64,000 nucleotides of DNA from Methanomicrobia archaeon (GTDB lineage Archaea; Halobacteriota; Syntropharchaeia; Alkanophagales; Methanospirareceae). Of this stretch, positions 18,513-28,439 are shown one piece after another. Location: NCBI GenBank assembly GCA_011049045.1, contig DSCO01000060.1:1348-65347 (forward strand), in the 5' to 3' direction. The translations under genes and the position numbers were made by a program. How positions within the stretch are numbered: position 1 is the stretch's first letter; each line of letters opens with the position of its first letter. The notes beneath the pieces were generated by a model. It saw only the letters and a program-made list of their open reading frames with translations, did not search any database and was not told the origin of the DNA.

Positions 18513-20025
18513 GGCTGTCGAGCCTGTTGGGAGGATAAAAAAGCCCCGGCCTGCACTATGAGCTTTAGGTATCTTTCTCCCAGGCCCCGCCTTCTTCCGT
18601 CGCTTCTTCTACCCCCGGCTGCGGGCGGCAACACCGCCGTAAGGGTAGATTGGAAGAAATGGGTATTTAAAACTTTCGGTTGCGCGCGGCTGTAAAGTTA
18701 ATGGGTGCTGCGCGTGAATTTACAAAATTGTGCCAGCAGTGAGCTTCGTTAGGGTAACCAGACCGAAAATGATTAGTATATTGAGAGCGGATAAGTTATT
18801 ATGGTCCAATCATTCTTATCCGCCCTCAAAAACAGTATACGTCTCATCCAACTTAAACTTACCGATTTTGGGGATGAACCTCCGAACGTCGATAAAGTGC
18901 TCACTAAGCAATTTATAAAGCGGGATCAATCGCGTCATGTCACGAATGAGCTGGTTCTCCTCGCAGATAACCATTTCGAACTGCTTCATCCTGTCTGCCC
19001 CCTTTGTGGCACAGATCGAGTGACAAAGCAGGAGTTCCGACGGCGAACGCCGATATTGGGGCCCTTTGGGCTTCAAAAGCTTTATTTAAGGCGCTATTGG
19101 TGCGCCGTTTGCGATAAGAAGTTCACTACTCCGCTCTCTGCTGTGGTGGCCCCGTCTCATCGGTACGCATCAGTGTTCAAGGACGCTGCTATAAAGATGG
19201 TACAGACGGGCTATCGCCCGCTCCGAAAGCTGCGGGATGATCTCCGCACCGCTTTTGGCATCGCGCCCTCGCACCAGTCGATCCTGAAGTGGCTGGCAGT
19301 GGACGAAGAAAAGGGGATTAAAAATGCTTCATTTCAGTACTCGGGCTATTATTGCTACGATGAGCAGCATATTGAGCTGGCAGCTCGGAAGCGGTATCGC
19401 TTGACGCTCTTCGATTCGAGCTTGAATATCCCGGTCGCTGAGGAAATAGCCGCGGATTGTGGCTATAAAACGGTTTACAACTTCTTAAAGGGTTCCTTGC
19501 AGGGAAGACCCCTCTTGCGATTACAACGGACCATAAACGGGAGTACAAGGGCGTACTTGATGAACTGGGCGCTCCGCACCAGTTGTGCCTCTTCCATCTC
19601 TTCAAGATGATCGGGGACAGGGTCTACAGGGCACTTCAGTCTAAACGATACTCGTACCGGGAAAAAATCAAGCTTTGCATCTATTTCACGGCGATCAAGG
19701 ACATATTCCGAACGGACGATCCGCAGGTCGCGCAAGAACGGCTAGAACGGCTCCTGGATGATTATAACAACGTCCCTCGTGTCCTACGGGGCTTTGTCAC
19801 GGGCAAGCTACTGCCCGATTTTGAACGGCTTACGCTCTTCATGCGAGACGGTTTCGTCTCGAAGACGACTAATCCTGTCGAGAACTATTACCGCCAGACT
19901 GATCCTGAGAGCACGAAAAGGCGGTACAAAACGAATCGCGGCGTACTCTCCTATCTCGCACAGAAAATGGCGTACTGGACGGCTAAATTCGGGCAGCTAC
20001 CGCAACCCCCAACATGTTGACAGCC
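18513..20025 (+). mobile_element. 1.5-kb insertion sequence with imperfect terminal inverted repeats
   Basis: Left end is GGCTGTCGAGCCTGTTGGGAGG (18513-). The reverse complement of the right end (20025 back to 20004) is GGCTGTCAACATGTTGGGGGTT. The transposase stop lies inside the right repeat. No target duplication is visible. Confidence 0.65.
18801..20020 (+). pseudogene. DDE transposase interrupted by a frameshift (Zn-ribbon N-terminus; family not assigned)
   Basis: ORF 18801-19610 (CPLCG...CAVC) continues in the -1 frame, which is open from 19469, as PLAITTDHKREYKGVLDELGAPHQLCLFHLFK... to 20020. A C4 run at 19509-19512 is the likely shift site. Confidence 0.7.
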
Positions 20026-20086
20026 CCAACAAAGCGGAAAATATATGTGTCCGGGTATCATACCTTATGCTCGGTGGTCCCGGTCC

Positions 20087-20563
20087 ATGAAGCTCGTTAA
20101 GATACCGCGCATGGAAAAGGAGGAGTATGATCAGCTCATAGCCGAGAGCTACGTCAGCCGTATCGCCTTCTTCGGTGAGCAGTACCCGTATATCGCCCCC
20201 TTCCTCTACGTCTTCGACGGCCGCTACATGTATTTCCTCTCCACGAAATATGGCTACAAGATCCGGCATTTTCAGCGTGATCCGCACGTATCGGTCGAAG
20301 TGGAGCGCTACAGCCCCGACCTCTCTTCGTACACCTTCGTGACGCTCTCCGGCAGGCTCGTGGAGGTCGTGGCGGCAGACGAAAAGGTGGCCGTTCGCCA
20401 GAGGTTCGTGCGGTTGATCAAAGATAAAAAGCTCTCGAACCGTGTCCTCGCCGCGCTCGGGCATTCGCCCGACGAACCGCTCGAGAACCTCATTACAGAG
20501 GAGCGGAGCCTTGTCTGGAAACTCACGGACGTTAACGAGATCGTTGCGCTGAAGAACGTCTGA
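20087..20563 (+). CDS. Pyridoxamine 5'-phosphate oxidase-like (FMN-binding split-barrel) family protein
   Basis: 158 aa from MKLVKIPRMEKEEYDQLI. Resembles the Pyridox_ox_2 family. TATA-like AAAATATATG (20038-20047) lies upstream. Confidence 0.7.
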   Translation: MKLVKIPRMEKEEYDQLIAESYVSRIAFFGEQYPYIAPFLYVFDGRYMYFLSTKYGYKIRHFQRDPHVSVEVERYSPDLSSYTFVTLSGRLVEVVAADEKVAVRQRFVRLIKDKKLSNRVLAALGHSPDEPLENLITEERSLVWKLTDVNEIVALKNV

Positions 20564-20675
20564 TTGCCCGTCTTCACTACTCACGCTACTTGCTGCTCAT
20601 TCCGCTCGATCCGCCGTCAGAGGTGCTCACCGGACGGAGGTGGATGCGTAGTAGTGCGAGAAAATCGTTATCGCG

Positions 20676-21008
20676 TCACTTCTCGATGAACGTCTTCCTC
20701 ACCAGCGTTTCCAGATCTTCCATACGATTAAGCTGCAGGCTCTTCTCCGTGCCGTCGCGCCTGACCGTGAGATGCAGCCCGGTAATCTCGCCCGTGATGC
20801 CGAACAAACCTTTTATAATGCCCGCAAATACGTTTTGAAGACGCTCATCGCTCATCGAGACGTAGCCCATGTTCTTCGGTCGAACCACGATCGCGGTCTC
20901 GCCTTTCCGTACCGTGATCTTCCGTATCTCCACACCCCACCATAATTTGATGTTGATCTCTATCTCCTCTTCATCCTTGTATCTGCATTCCTCGCGCATT
21001 TTTGCCAT
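20676..21008 (-). CDS. Hypothetical protein
   Basis: ORF trimmed to MAKMREE (21008), 110 aa. No domain recognised. Divergent from lysA. Confidence 0.4.
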   Translation of the reverse strand: MAKMREECRYKDEEEIEINIKLWWGVEIRKITVRKGETAIVVRPKNMGYVSMSDERLQNVFAGIIKGLFGITGEITGLHLTVRRDGTEKSLQLNRMEDLETLVRKTFIEK

Positions 21009-21096
21009 CTCGATCACCCTGTTTAATGTTCCGCGCGGATTAAAGAGAAACGTTTTATCCGAGAACCAGCTACCTAAGTTCGGTGGGTGAGCACGC

Positions 21097-22374
21097 ATGG
21101 CGGTACTCCAGGAAGGAACGGAGCACTTGAGCTTCGGCGGCGCGGACGTTGTGGAGCTGGCACAGCGCTACGGCACGCCGCTGTACGTCACGGATGAATC
21201 GGTAATAAGGGCCAATTTCCGTCAGTATAAAGAAGCGTTTGCGACGGTCGATACCGCTATATATTTCGCGGTAAAGGCCAACGGAAACCTGACGATCCTG
21301 CGTATCCTGGCGCAGGAGGGCGCGGGGGCTGATGTCTTCTCAGGTGGCGAGCTCGAGCTGGTCAAAGCTGCGGGTATACCGCTCGATAACGTGCTCTTCA
21401 ACGGCAACGCGAAGAGCGAAGCTGAACTGCGCGCGGCGGTCGAGTTGGACGTTACCGTCTCGGTGGATTCGCGTGAGGAATTGCAGACCGTATCAGCCAT
21501 AGCGAGCGAACAGGGCAAAGAAGCGGGGATCTCACTGCGCGTGAACCCGGATGTCTCACCCGACGTGAACCCGAAGATCGCGACCGGGTTGCGCACCGCG
21601 AAGTTCGGGATACCGTATGAGCAGATCGTGCCCACTTACGACGAAGCTGCGAAGTTGCCCCATATCATGATCAAGGGCATACACTGCCATATCGGCTCAC
21701 AGATACTGGAGCTCAGCGTCTTCAAAGAAGCGACCGAGAAGATGATGCAGCTCGTCGCAGAGCTCTATGATCGCGGCATCGAACTCGAGTTTGTGGATCT
21801 CGGCGGCGGGCTCGGTATCGCGTACGAGAAGGCAAAGGGCACCGCGCCAACGCCGTACGACCTCGCGGCGATGATCCTGCCCACGTTCAAAGCAAAGACG
21901 CAAGCGCTGGGTATCTCACCACGGTTGATCCTGGAACCCGGGAGGTCGCTCGTCGGACCGGCCTCGATTCTGCTGACCACTGTGAATACGGTTAAGGATG
22001 CCTACAAGCATTTCGTGGCCGTTGATGCGGGCTTCAACCTCTTTGTGCGCCCCGCGATGTACGATGCGTACCACGAGGTCGTGGTCGCGAACAAAGTCAA
22101 CGAGCCCGCTTCGGTCTTGAGCACGGTCGTGGGACCCATTTGTGAATCCGGCGATATCATCGCCAAAGACAGAATGCTGCCCCCGGTACGGCGCGGGGAC
22201 TGCATCGCCATACTGGATACGGGCGCATACGGGTTCTCCATGAGCTCGCAGTACAACGGCCGCCCACGGTGCGCCGAAGTGCTGGTGCATGACGGCGCTA
22301 TCGAGGTGATTAGGGACGGGGAGAGCTTTGAGGATATACTGCGGCATCAGAGGCTACCGAAACGGTTGCGGTGA
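21097..22374 (+). CDS. lysA: Diaminopimelate decarboxylase
   Basis: 425 aa. PLP-binding FAVKANGN, HCHIGSQ, GGGLGI and CESGD motifs match fold-III decarboxylases/LysA. Confidence 0.9.
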   Translation: MAVLQEGTEHLSFGGADVVELAQRYGTPLYVTDESVIRANFRQYKEAFATVDTAIYFAVKANGNLTILRILAQEGAGADVFSGGELELVKAAGIPLDNVLFNGNAKSEAELRAAVELDVTVSVDSREELQTVSAIASEQGKEAGISLRVNPDVSPDVNPKIATGLRTAKFGIPYEQIVPTYDEAAKLPHIMIKGIHCHIGSQILELSVFKEATEKMMQLVAELYDRGIELEFVDLGGGLGIAYEKAKGTAPTPYDLAAMILPTFKAKTQALGISPRLILEPGRSLVGPASILLTTVNTVKDAYKHFVAVDAGFNLFVRPAMYDAYHEVVVANKVNEPASVLSTVVGPICESGDIIAKDRMLPPVRRGDCIAILDTGAYGFSMSSQYNGRPRCAEVLVHDGAIEVIRDGESFEDILRHQRLPKRLR

Positions 22375-22695
22375 CTGATAACAGCTTTCTATTCAACAAT
22401 AAATAGTGCACAAATATGGCTTGACGCGCAATACAAACCACAATTACAAGCAGACACCCGCGAGTATCCATACGCACGGCGGGTGCGTAAACGTCTCAAA
22501 TACTGAGGGTTTGGGGCTTTCAGCCACGATGTATCTCTTCTTCTTCTTGAGCAGCGTGATCGAGTTGTGCCGAAGAGAGAGGGAGAGCATGATTCCCATT
22601 GCCACGCTCAAAGTAACAGTACTATCCCTTTGGTTTAACACTCATAGACAAAACGATTTTTTGATATTTTCTCCTAGAGAAAGGCACCGTTAAAT

Positions 22696-23925
22696 CTAAA
22701 CGCCCGAAACGAGCGTCGCAATACCCACCGCTCCGGCGTATTGCGAATACGGCGGCACAATGATCTCAACGCCAAGCATCTCCTCAAATTCGCGCTTCAC
22801 GCCCTCGACCAGCGACACACCGCCCACAAAGATCACCGGCGGCCGCACCTCCATCTCCTGGATCATCGTCTCGTACACCTGCTCGGTCACCGAGCGGCAT
22901 GCAGCCGCTGCAGCGTCTTCACGCGTCACACCCGACGCTAGCGCAACTACCAGGCTCTGGATCCCGAAGACCGTGCAGTAGCTTTGCAGCTCAAATCGAT
23001 CCTGCGTCTTGGCCTTTGACTGTAGCGCCAGCTTCCCTAATTCGGACACGTCGACATCCAATCGGTGCGAAGCCACTTCTAAAAATCTGCCGGACGCGCC
23101 GCTGCAGATGCCGCCCAAATTGAAGCCCGTCACGATGCCATCACGCATGAGCATCAGTTTATTGTTCATCCCGCCGATGTCGATCACGGTCGCATCGCCT
23201 TTGTGACGCTGTGAGAGCAGCGCGGCACCCTTCGAGACCACACTCACTTCCTCTAAATTGAGTGCTGCATCGAAATGCTCGGCCAGCAGGTCTCGTCCGT
23301 GCCCGGTGACGCCGATCGCGTCCACCGCCTCTTGCCCGATGCCTGCCTCCTGTAACGCTTTCGCCAGTGCCTCAGTCGCACTCCCAATCGAATCGGTCGT
23401 CGGGAGCCATTCCTTACCCACGAGCTCGTTCTCCCGCATCACCACGACCTTCGTCGTCGATGAGCCGGAGTCGATACCCACCGTGATGCCTTCCTGCTTC
23501 TCACGCATCAAGAGCGCCTTCTTCGTGATCAGGGTCTTCAAGGCTTCCAGCCGCGAATAGAGCTCGATCTCCTTCGGCTTCTCCACGTTCGAGTACACAA
23601 TGATCGGTATGTTCGTGCGTTCATGGAGGAACCGGCGCACGAGATCCTTCACGATCGTGCCCTCCGAGCACTTGAAGCAGGTGAGCAAAATCGCGCCCTT
23701 GATCGAGGTATCCCGCAATAGCGAGATGGCACGCGCGATCATCATGTTCAGGCTCGGGCTCTCGGCCTCGAAGCCCAGCTCCTCGCATGCCGCTGCCACC
23801 TGCGAAAGCTCCAGCTCCGGATACACCAGCTCGATGCCCAGACGGTTCGCAATATCGTCCAACAGCCACTGAATGCCGCTGTAGTCGGCACCGCAGGAGA
23901 TCTGCGCCACTTTGACCGGCGTCAT
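22696..23925 (-). CDS. Methanogenesis marker protein 15 (BadF/BcrA/HgdC-type ATPase fold)
   Basis: 409 aa. GIDSGSSTTKVVVM and VIDIGGMNNK actin-like ATPase motifs follow an approximately 140-aa N-terminal domain. Adjacent to the marker-5 gene. Family assigned from memory of TIGRFAM marker sets. Confidence 0.7.
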   Translation of the reverse strand: MTPVKVAQISCGADYSGIQWLLDDIANRLGIELVYPELELSQVAAACEELGFEAESPSLNMMIARAISLLRDTSIKGAILLTCFKCSEGTIVKDLVRRFLHERTNIPIIVYSNVEKPKEIELYSRLEALKTLITKKALLMREKQEGITVGIDSGSSTTKVVVMRENELVGKEWLPTTDSIGSATEALAKALQEAGIGQEAVDAIGVTGHGRDLLAEHFDAALNLEEVSVVSKGAALLSQRHKGDATVIDIGGMNNKLMLMRDGIVTGFNLGGICSGASGRFLEVASHRLDVDVSELGKLALQSKAKTQDRFELQSYCTVFGIQSLVVALASGVTREDAAAAACRSVTEQVYETMIQEMEVRPPVIFVGGVSLVEGVKREFEEMLGVEIIVPPYSQYAGAVGIATLVSGV

Positions 23926-23931
23926 GTTCCG

Positions 23932-24390
23932 CTACGCCTCGTCTCGCTTCTTTTCCTCTTCTGATAAGCCCGCCAGGAACGACCTGATGGCCGCGATCAT
24001 CTCATCCATCCGATCGCCGCCCTCGTACCGCACCTCCAGGGTCGGTACCCCCTGTTTCCTGATCAGGAACTTGAAGAACTCGTCAGCAACGGCACAACCC
24101 ATGCAGCCATAGGTTGGTGGTGCGTCAGTAAGAATAATGGCCGCCTCGGACTGCTCTAAGAGCGGCGCAAGCAGGCCCACGCGCCCTTTCAGGCCCGCCG
24201 GCTCCTCCACTGAGACATAGCGCAGCGCGCGCTTCAAATCCGCTTCCGTGATGTTCAGTGGTGGTGCGTCTATCTCCGCGTCGCGTACATGCTCACCAAC
24301 CTCCCGCATCAAGACCACCGGCTCATGTCCGCCCCGTTCCACCAAATCCGCTAAGATCAAACTGTTCGGCGGATATACCAAAATTTTCAT
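23932..24390 (-). CDS. Methanogenesis marker protein 5
   Basis: 152 aa starting MKILVYPPNSLILADLVERGGH, with YGCMGCA motif. Lies 6 nt upstream of marker 15 on the same strand. Confidence 0.7.
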   Translation of the reverse strand: MKILVYPPNSLILADLVERGGHEPVVLMREVGEHVRDAEIDAPPLNITEADLKRALRYVSVEEPAGLKGRVGLLAPLLEQSEAAIILTDAPPTYGCMGCAVADEFFKFLIRKQGVPTLEVRYEGGDRMDEMIAAIRSFLAGLSEEEKKRDEA

Positions 24391-24544
24391 CTTATCTCAT
24401 CCTTCCTCTAGTCGCTTCCCGCACAGACCGCACTGACTAACCTAAGAGAGTGTACAGTATCAATTTACTTAATGCCTAATATAAGCTGTCGCTTCCTCTC
24501 CCGTCTCCAGCTGCTGCTGCAAGCAGGGTATCGCATACGTTACG

Positions 24545-25303
24545 TTATTCCCGCACGCTGCCCACCCGCTCCGGGCTATCCGCAATGCCGCTCTGCGTAA
24601 TGTAAAAGGTGCATACGGTCTCCTCGGGCATTGATCGATGCTTCTTCAGGATCGCTCGCCGTTTGCCCTGCATACCCGGCACCTTCTCAAGCTGCACGAT
24701 CACCTTCGCGAGATACTCAAGCGCGAATTTCGCTACCGGGCGTAATTCTCCGGTCTCCACATCCATATAGACTTGATTTGTTATGATGACTACAAGGTCG
24801 TGCCTCCGCGCGTATTCCAAGAGCGTTGCTACTTGATTTGCCAAGCTTTTCACATATGCGCTCCGTTCGTCGTCCAGCTCCAGCCGGTAGAAGAGTGTTG
24901 CCGAGTCCAAAACGATGAGCTGTACCGCACTCTTACCCGCCTTCTCCTTGATGATCTTGTCAATCTCCTTGACGCACGAGGTCTGCTGCTCGAAGGTATG
25001 GGGCTGATAGAGGATGATCCGCTCTGCGAGGGTCTCCACCGTCTCGTCCTCGTTTTTGTGCGCACTGGCGATCTGTGAAAACCGTTCAGGCGAGAGCCCT
25101 TCACTATCAATGAAGATCACACTCTGCCCATCGCGCGCGCACTCGATGGCCATCTGGAGGCAGATGTTGGTCTTACCGCTGCCCGCTTCGCCATAGAGCT
25201 GCGTGACCGTCCCCGACTCGAATCCGCCGCCGAGGAGCTCATCCATGCTCTTGCAGCCCGTGCCGTATTTCGTCGGTAATTGCATGCTCGCCAGATCCTT
25301 CAA
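24545..25303 (-). CDS. radB: DNA repair/recombination protein RadB
   Basis: LDELLGGGFESGTVTQLYGEAGSGKTN (Walker A) and LIVLDS (Walker B). Short RecA-family protein with no N-terminal HhH domain. Alternative start at 25285. Confidence 0.85.
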   Translation of the reverse strand: MKDLASMQLPTKYGTGCKSMDELLGGGFESGTVTQLYGEAGSGKTNICLQMAIECARDGQSVIFIDSEGLSPERFSQIASAHKNEDETVETLAERIILYQPHTFEQQTSCVKEIDKIIKEKAGKSAVQLIVLDSATLFYRLELDDERSAYVKSLANQVATLLEYARRHDLVVIITNQVYMDVETGELRPVAKFALEYLAKVIVQLEKVPGMQGKRRAILKKHRSMPEETVCTFYITQSGIADSPERVGSVRE

Positions 25304-25343
25304 AGGTCTTCATCCACTCTGCTACACCGGGATTCGTGTGCGC

Positions 25344-26609
25344 TCAACTTGCCTCCTTCAGCGCTCGCAAAATATCCCCGGTAAAGTAGATGTCGCCCCA
25401 GGGATAGATCGTCATGGCGAACGTCGAGCCCTCCTCGAGCTCCTGCACATCGCCCCGCAACTCGTATTCTTCACCACTTTCCACCTCTTTGACCACCATC
25501 GTAAAGCTCGCCGGATCCACGCGGACGATCTCAAATGCGCCCGTGATCGGATTCCCGAGCTTCTCGAGCTTCGCCCTGAGCTCCTCACCGAGTCCCTGCT
25601 CATCCGCGTACATGAGTCCCGGCGTTCGCCCATCTGCCAGCTTGCGGGAGAACAGGAACCAGTTGTGGAACTCGAAGAGCTGATCGAGTCGCAGCTTCTC
25701 CTGCCCTTTTGCTTCACAGTATTCATCCTCAGCCTTCTCCAGCTCCGTCCGCATCCGTCTATCCGCGAACTCACGAACCTCATCGAGCAGCCACACCGAT
25801 TCCCAGTACTCACGCGCCTTCCGCGCCTCTTCTCCCTCCAGATGCATCATCCGCTCCACCCGGGTGATGCGCTCCTTGATGATATCGCCGAGCGATTCGC
25901 CGGTCGTGCCGATACGCTCGCAAACCTCCAGACTCTCTTTAAACGCAGCACCTGCTTCGGGATATCGCCCACGCCGCTCCAGGAAGTCGCCATAGTTCGC
26001 CCAGACCAGCTCATCGTCCGTTTCGTTCAGGAACCGCTTGTACTCCGTTTCGATTTCTGCCCATCGCTCGTCCTTCTCGTACAGCCCCACGAGCAGGGAA
26101 TGAGCGGCTAAATCTGATGGTTCTTCCTCAAGGATCGCGGTAAGCAGGTACTCCCCGCGCGCGTTATCACGCGCAAAGAGGCGCTCTTTCAGATGGCGCT
26201 CGATGCTTGGATCACCCAGGAATTCGAGAAACGCAACGGGAAACCCCTCAGCTTCCCGGACCTCCTCGGCCAGCCAGAGTGCACAGATCGCTTCAAAATC
26301 CGTTAAAAGCCATAGGTCGTCCTGGTTGAGCGGCTGCAGCGCGCGCTCCTCGGCATCCGTGGCATCCCGTATGATCGCAAACTCGCTCTCTGCTAAGCCC
26401 GCCTCTTCGTCCACGGTCTTCAGTCCGTGCTTCCGTACGTACTTGAGGTATGTGCGGCGCACATTGTCCGCCTCGCGGCGGCTGATCCGCTGCTCATCCA
26501 CATCCCGGTACGCCCGCTGCGTCTCTATCAGGAGCTTCACCGCCTCCGTAACAAGGTCATCGCCCTCGAGGCCCAGAAAGGCCGCTATCACTTCCTCTGT
26601 GCTCATCAT
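25344..26609 (-). CDS. Hypothetical acidic, helical-repeat protein
   Basis: 421 aa, Glu/Asp-rich with TPR-like helical segments. Coding-like over its full length. No family recognised. Confidence 0.55.
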   Translation of the reverse strand: MMSTEEVIAAFLGLEGDDLVTEAVKLLIETQRAYRDVDEQRISRREADNVRRTYLKYVRKHGLKTVDEEAGLAESEFAIIRDATDAEERALQPLNQDDLWLLTDFEAICALWLAEEVREAEGFPVAFLEFLGDPSIERHLKERLFARDNARGEYLLTAILEEEPSDLAAHSLLVGLYEKDERWAEIETEYKRFLNETDDELVWANYGDFLERRGRYPEAGAAFKESLEVCERIGTTGESLGDIIKERITRVERMMHLEGEEARKAREYWESVWLLDEVREFADRRMRTELEKAEDEYCEAKGQEKLRLDQLFEFHNWFLFSRKLADGRTPGLMYADEQGLGEELRAKLEKLGNPITGAFEIVRVDPASFTMVVKEVESGEEYELRGDVQELEEGSTFAMTIYPWGDIYFTGDILRALKEAS

Positions 26610-26624
26610 ATTCTCTTCCCGTTC

Positions 26625-27482
26625 CTACGTTCCCACCCGTATCGGGTAAGCTATGCGTTTCAGCGTTGCGATCGCGGAGAGCGCCGCTAAATAGCTTGTC
26701 CGGGGATTCGACTTTGACGGGAAGTTCCGCACCCGCACCAGGAGCTGCCCAAATTCACCCCGCGCTTCTATTTCGTGTCGGTTCTCCTTTGCCTCCGGAT
26801 CTGCCACGATCTGTACCATCGTTGCCTCAGGACCGATACCTGCAAGGCTCAACGAGGCCGCAACATTCACGTTTTCCGGGAAATGTGCGACTGCTTCTCG
26901 CGCAGAGCCGATGAACAATGTCCGCGCCTGTTGTAGCCCGTGAAGCTCGATTCCCGCCGCTTGCACATACTCGTTCCCCGCAAAGCCGCGTGGCGGCTTG
27001 CGCGTCGTTAAGTGTACTGACTGAATACCCCCGATAGCACCGGATTTGAGCCCGTCAAGACCAGCAATAGCGCCGGAAGGAATGTAGACCTTCCCCCCAC
27101 CGTGCTTTGCGAGTTGCTCAATCTCCTCATACAGGCCCGGATCGCAGATCAGGGCACCGACGCTCATGATCATGACATCTTTACCCGCACCCAGCGCCGG
27201 GAGCAGGCATTCTCGCACGGCATTCTGCGAAGCGCACTCGATGACCAGATCAACCTCATCTAAAATCGCCGCCAGATCTGAGCTGTCAGTCCTCGTAAGC
27301 GCTGGCTTCCTTCGCAGTAACTCGCAGAGCTGGTCGATACGCTCCGGATGAGCATCGATCAACCATTTGAGCTCCATATTCAGGTCCAGCGCACGGCCGG
27401 CGAACTCGTCCCTGTCTATTGCCACGCAGATCTCCGTGCCGATCGCACCGCAGCCCACCACACCCACACGTATTCGTGTCAT
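26625..27482 (-). CDS. nadX: L-aspartate dehydrogenase
   Basis: VGVVGCGAIG Rossmann start, PSGAIAGLDGLKS and NVNVAASLSLAG...VADP motifs as in Thermotoga NadX. Divergent from nadC. Confidence 0.8.
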   Translation of the reverse strand: MTRIRVGVVGCGAIGTEICVAIDRDEFAGRALDLNMELKWLIDAHPERIDQLCELLRRKPALTRTDSSDLAAILDEVDLVIECASQNAVRECLLPALGAGKDVMIMSVGALICDPGLYEEIEQLAKHGGGKVYIPSGAIAGLDGLKSGAIGGIQSVHLTTRKPPRGFAGNEYVQAAGIELHGLQQARTLFIGSAREAVAHFPENVNVAASLSLAGIGPEATMVQIVADPEAKENRHEIEARGEFGQLLVRVRNFPSKSNPRTSYLAALSAIATLKRIAYPIRVGT

Positions 27483-27575
27483 CTTCTACCCTGCTCTCTT
27501 AGAGAGGATCGTTAAAAACGAGCGATTTGTGCTTAACCTTTCTTAACTGAAGAAGATAAGTTTTATGATGTGCCC

Positions 27576-28439
27576 ATGCTGCTGAAGGAGATAGAGCACT
27601 TCCTCGAGGAAGATTGCGCGCACGAGGATTACGAACTCATCGTGCCCGTAACAACCACCTGCAACGCGGAGATCACGGTGAAGGAGGAGGGCATCCTCGC
27701 GGGTTTAGAAGAGGTCCTGCAGATATTCGATTACGCAGGTCTCGAGTATTCCTCTGAATTCCACGATGGTGATCCTCTGAAGGCTGAGGACGTCGTGGTG
27801 AGGCTGTATGGCTCCGCAGCGAAGATCTTAAAGGTCGAGCGGCTTGTCCTCAATATCCTCGGCCGGATGAGCGGTATCGCGACGCTCGTGCGCGAATACG
27901 TCGAGGAGGCGCAGAGGGGAAGTTCGCACGTCGTTGTCGCGGGAACCAGGAAAACGACGCCGGGCTTCAGGAAATATGAGAAACGAGCCATTATGCTCGG
28001 TGGTGGTGATCCGCACCGCTTTGGACTCGCCGACGCGGTGATAATCAAGGACAATCACCTCGCGCTCATGGGTCTGGAGCAGGCGATAAAAAAGGCCAGG
28101 AGCGCGATCAGTTTCACCCGCAAGATCGAAATAGAGGTGGAGACCATCGAGGACGCGCTCCGCGCGGCTAAATTGGGCGCCGACATCATAATGCTCGATA
28201 ACATGAGCCCCGCAAAGGTGCGCGAGTGCCTGCAGCTGCTCAATACCGCGGGACTTCGTGATCGGCTCCTCATCGAGGCCTCGGGAGGGATAACCCAGGA
28301 GAACGTACGTGAGTACGCGGCAACGGGCGTTGATGTCGTTTCAGTCGGGCGATTGACGTATGCTGCGCGATCCTTGGGCTTCTCGCTGCACGTGAGTGAG
28401 GACAGGACCGAAACTAAGCCATCTGTTACACCAGCGTGA
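27576..28439 (+). CDS. nadC: Nicotinate-nucleotide pyrophosphorylase (carboxylating)
   Basis: QPRTase pattern (LNILGRMSGIATL, AGTRKTTPG, HRFGLADAVIIKDNH, IMLDNM, EASGGI). GTG 27570 is an alternative start. Confidence 0.9.
   Translation: MLLKEIEHFLEEDCAHEDYELIVPVTTTCNAEITVKEEGILAGLEEVLQIFDYAGLEYSSEFHDGDPLKAEDVVVRLYGSAAKILKVERLVLNILGRMSGIATLVREYVEEAQRGSSHVVVAGTRKTTPGFRKYEKRAIMLGGGDPHRFGLADAVIIKDNHLALMGLEQAIKKARSAISFTRKIEIEVETIEDALRAAKLGADIIMLDNMSPAKVRECLQLLNTAGLRDRLLIEASGGITQENVREYAATGVDVVSVGRLTYAARSLGFSLHVSEDRTETKPSVTPA

Noticed and set aside
18688-18710. GGCTGTAAAGTTAATGGGTGCTG, first taken as the left terminus of the IS
   Set aside because: Similarity to the 29.6-kb relic continues about 155 bp further left. 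A much better inverted match to the right end (GGCTGTC...TGTTGGG) occurs at 18513. The 18688 motif is therefore treated as internal/subterminal.
22375-22695. A/T-rich 320-bp convergent spacer between lysA and marker 15, with ORFs 22406-22693 and 22444-22641
   Set aside because: The ORF products are low-complexity with no motifs. Most simply, this is a shared termination zone.
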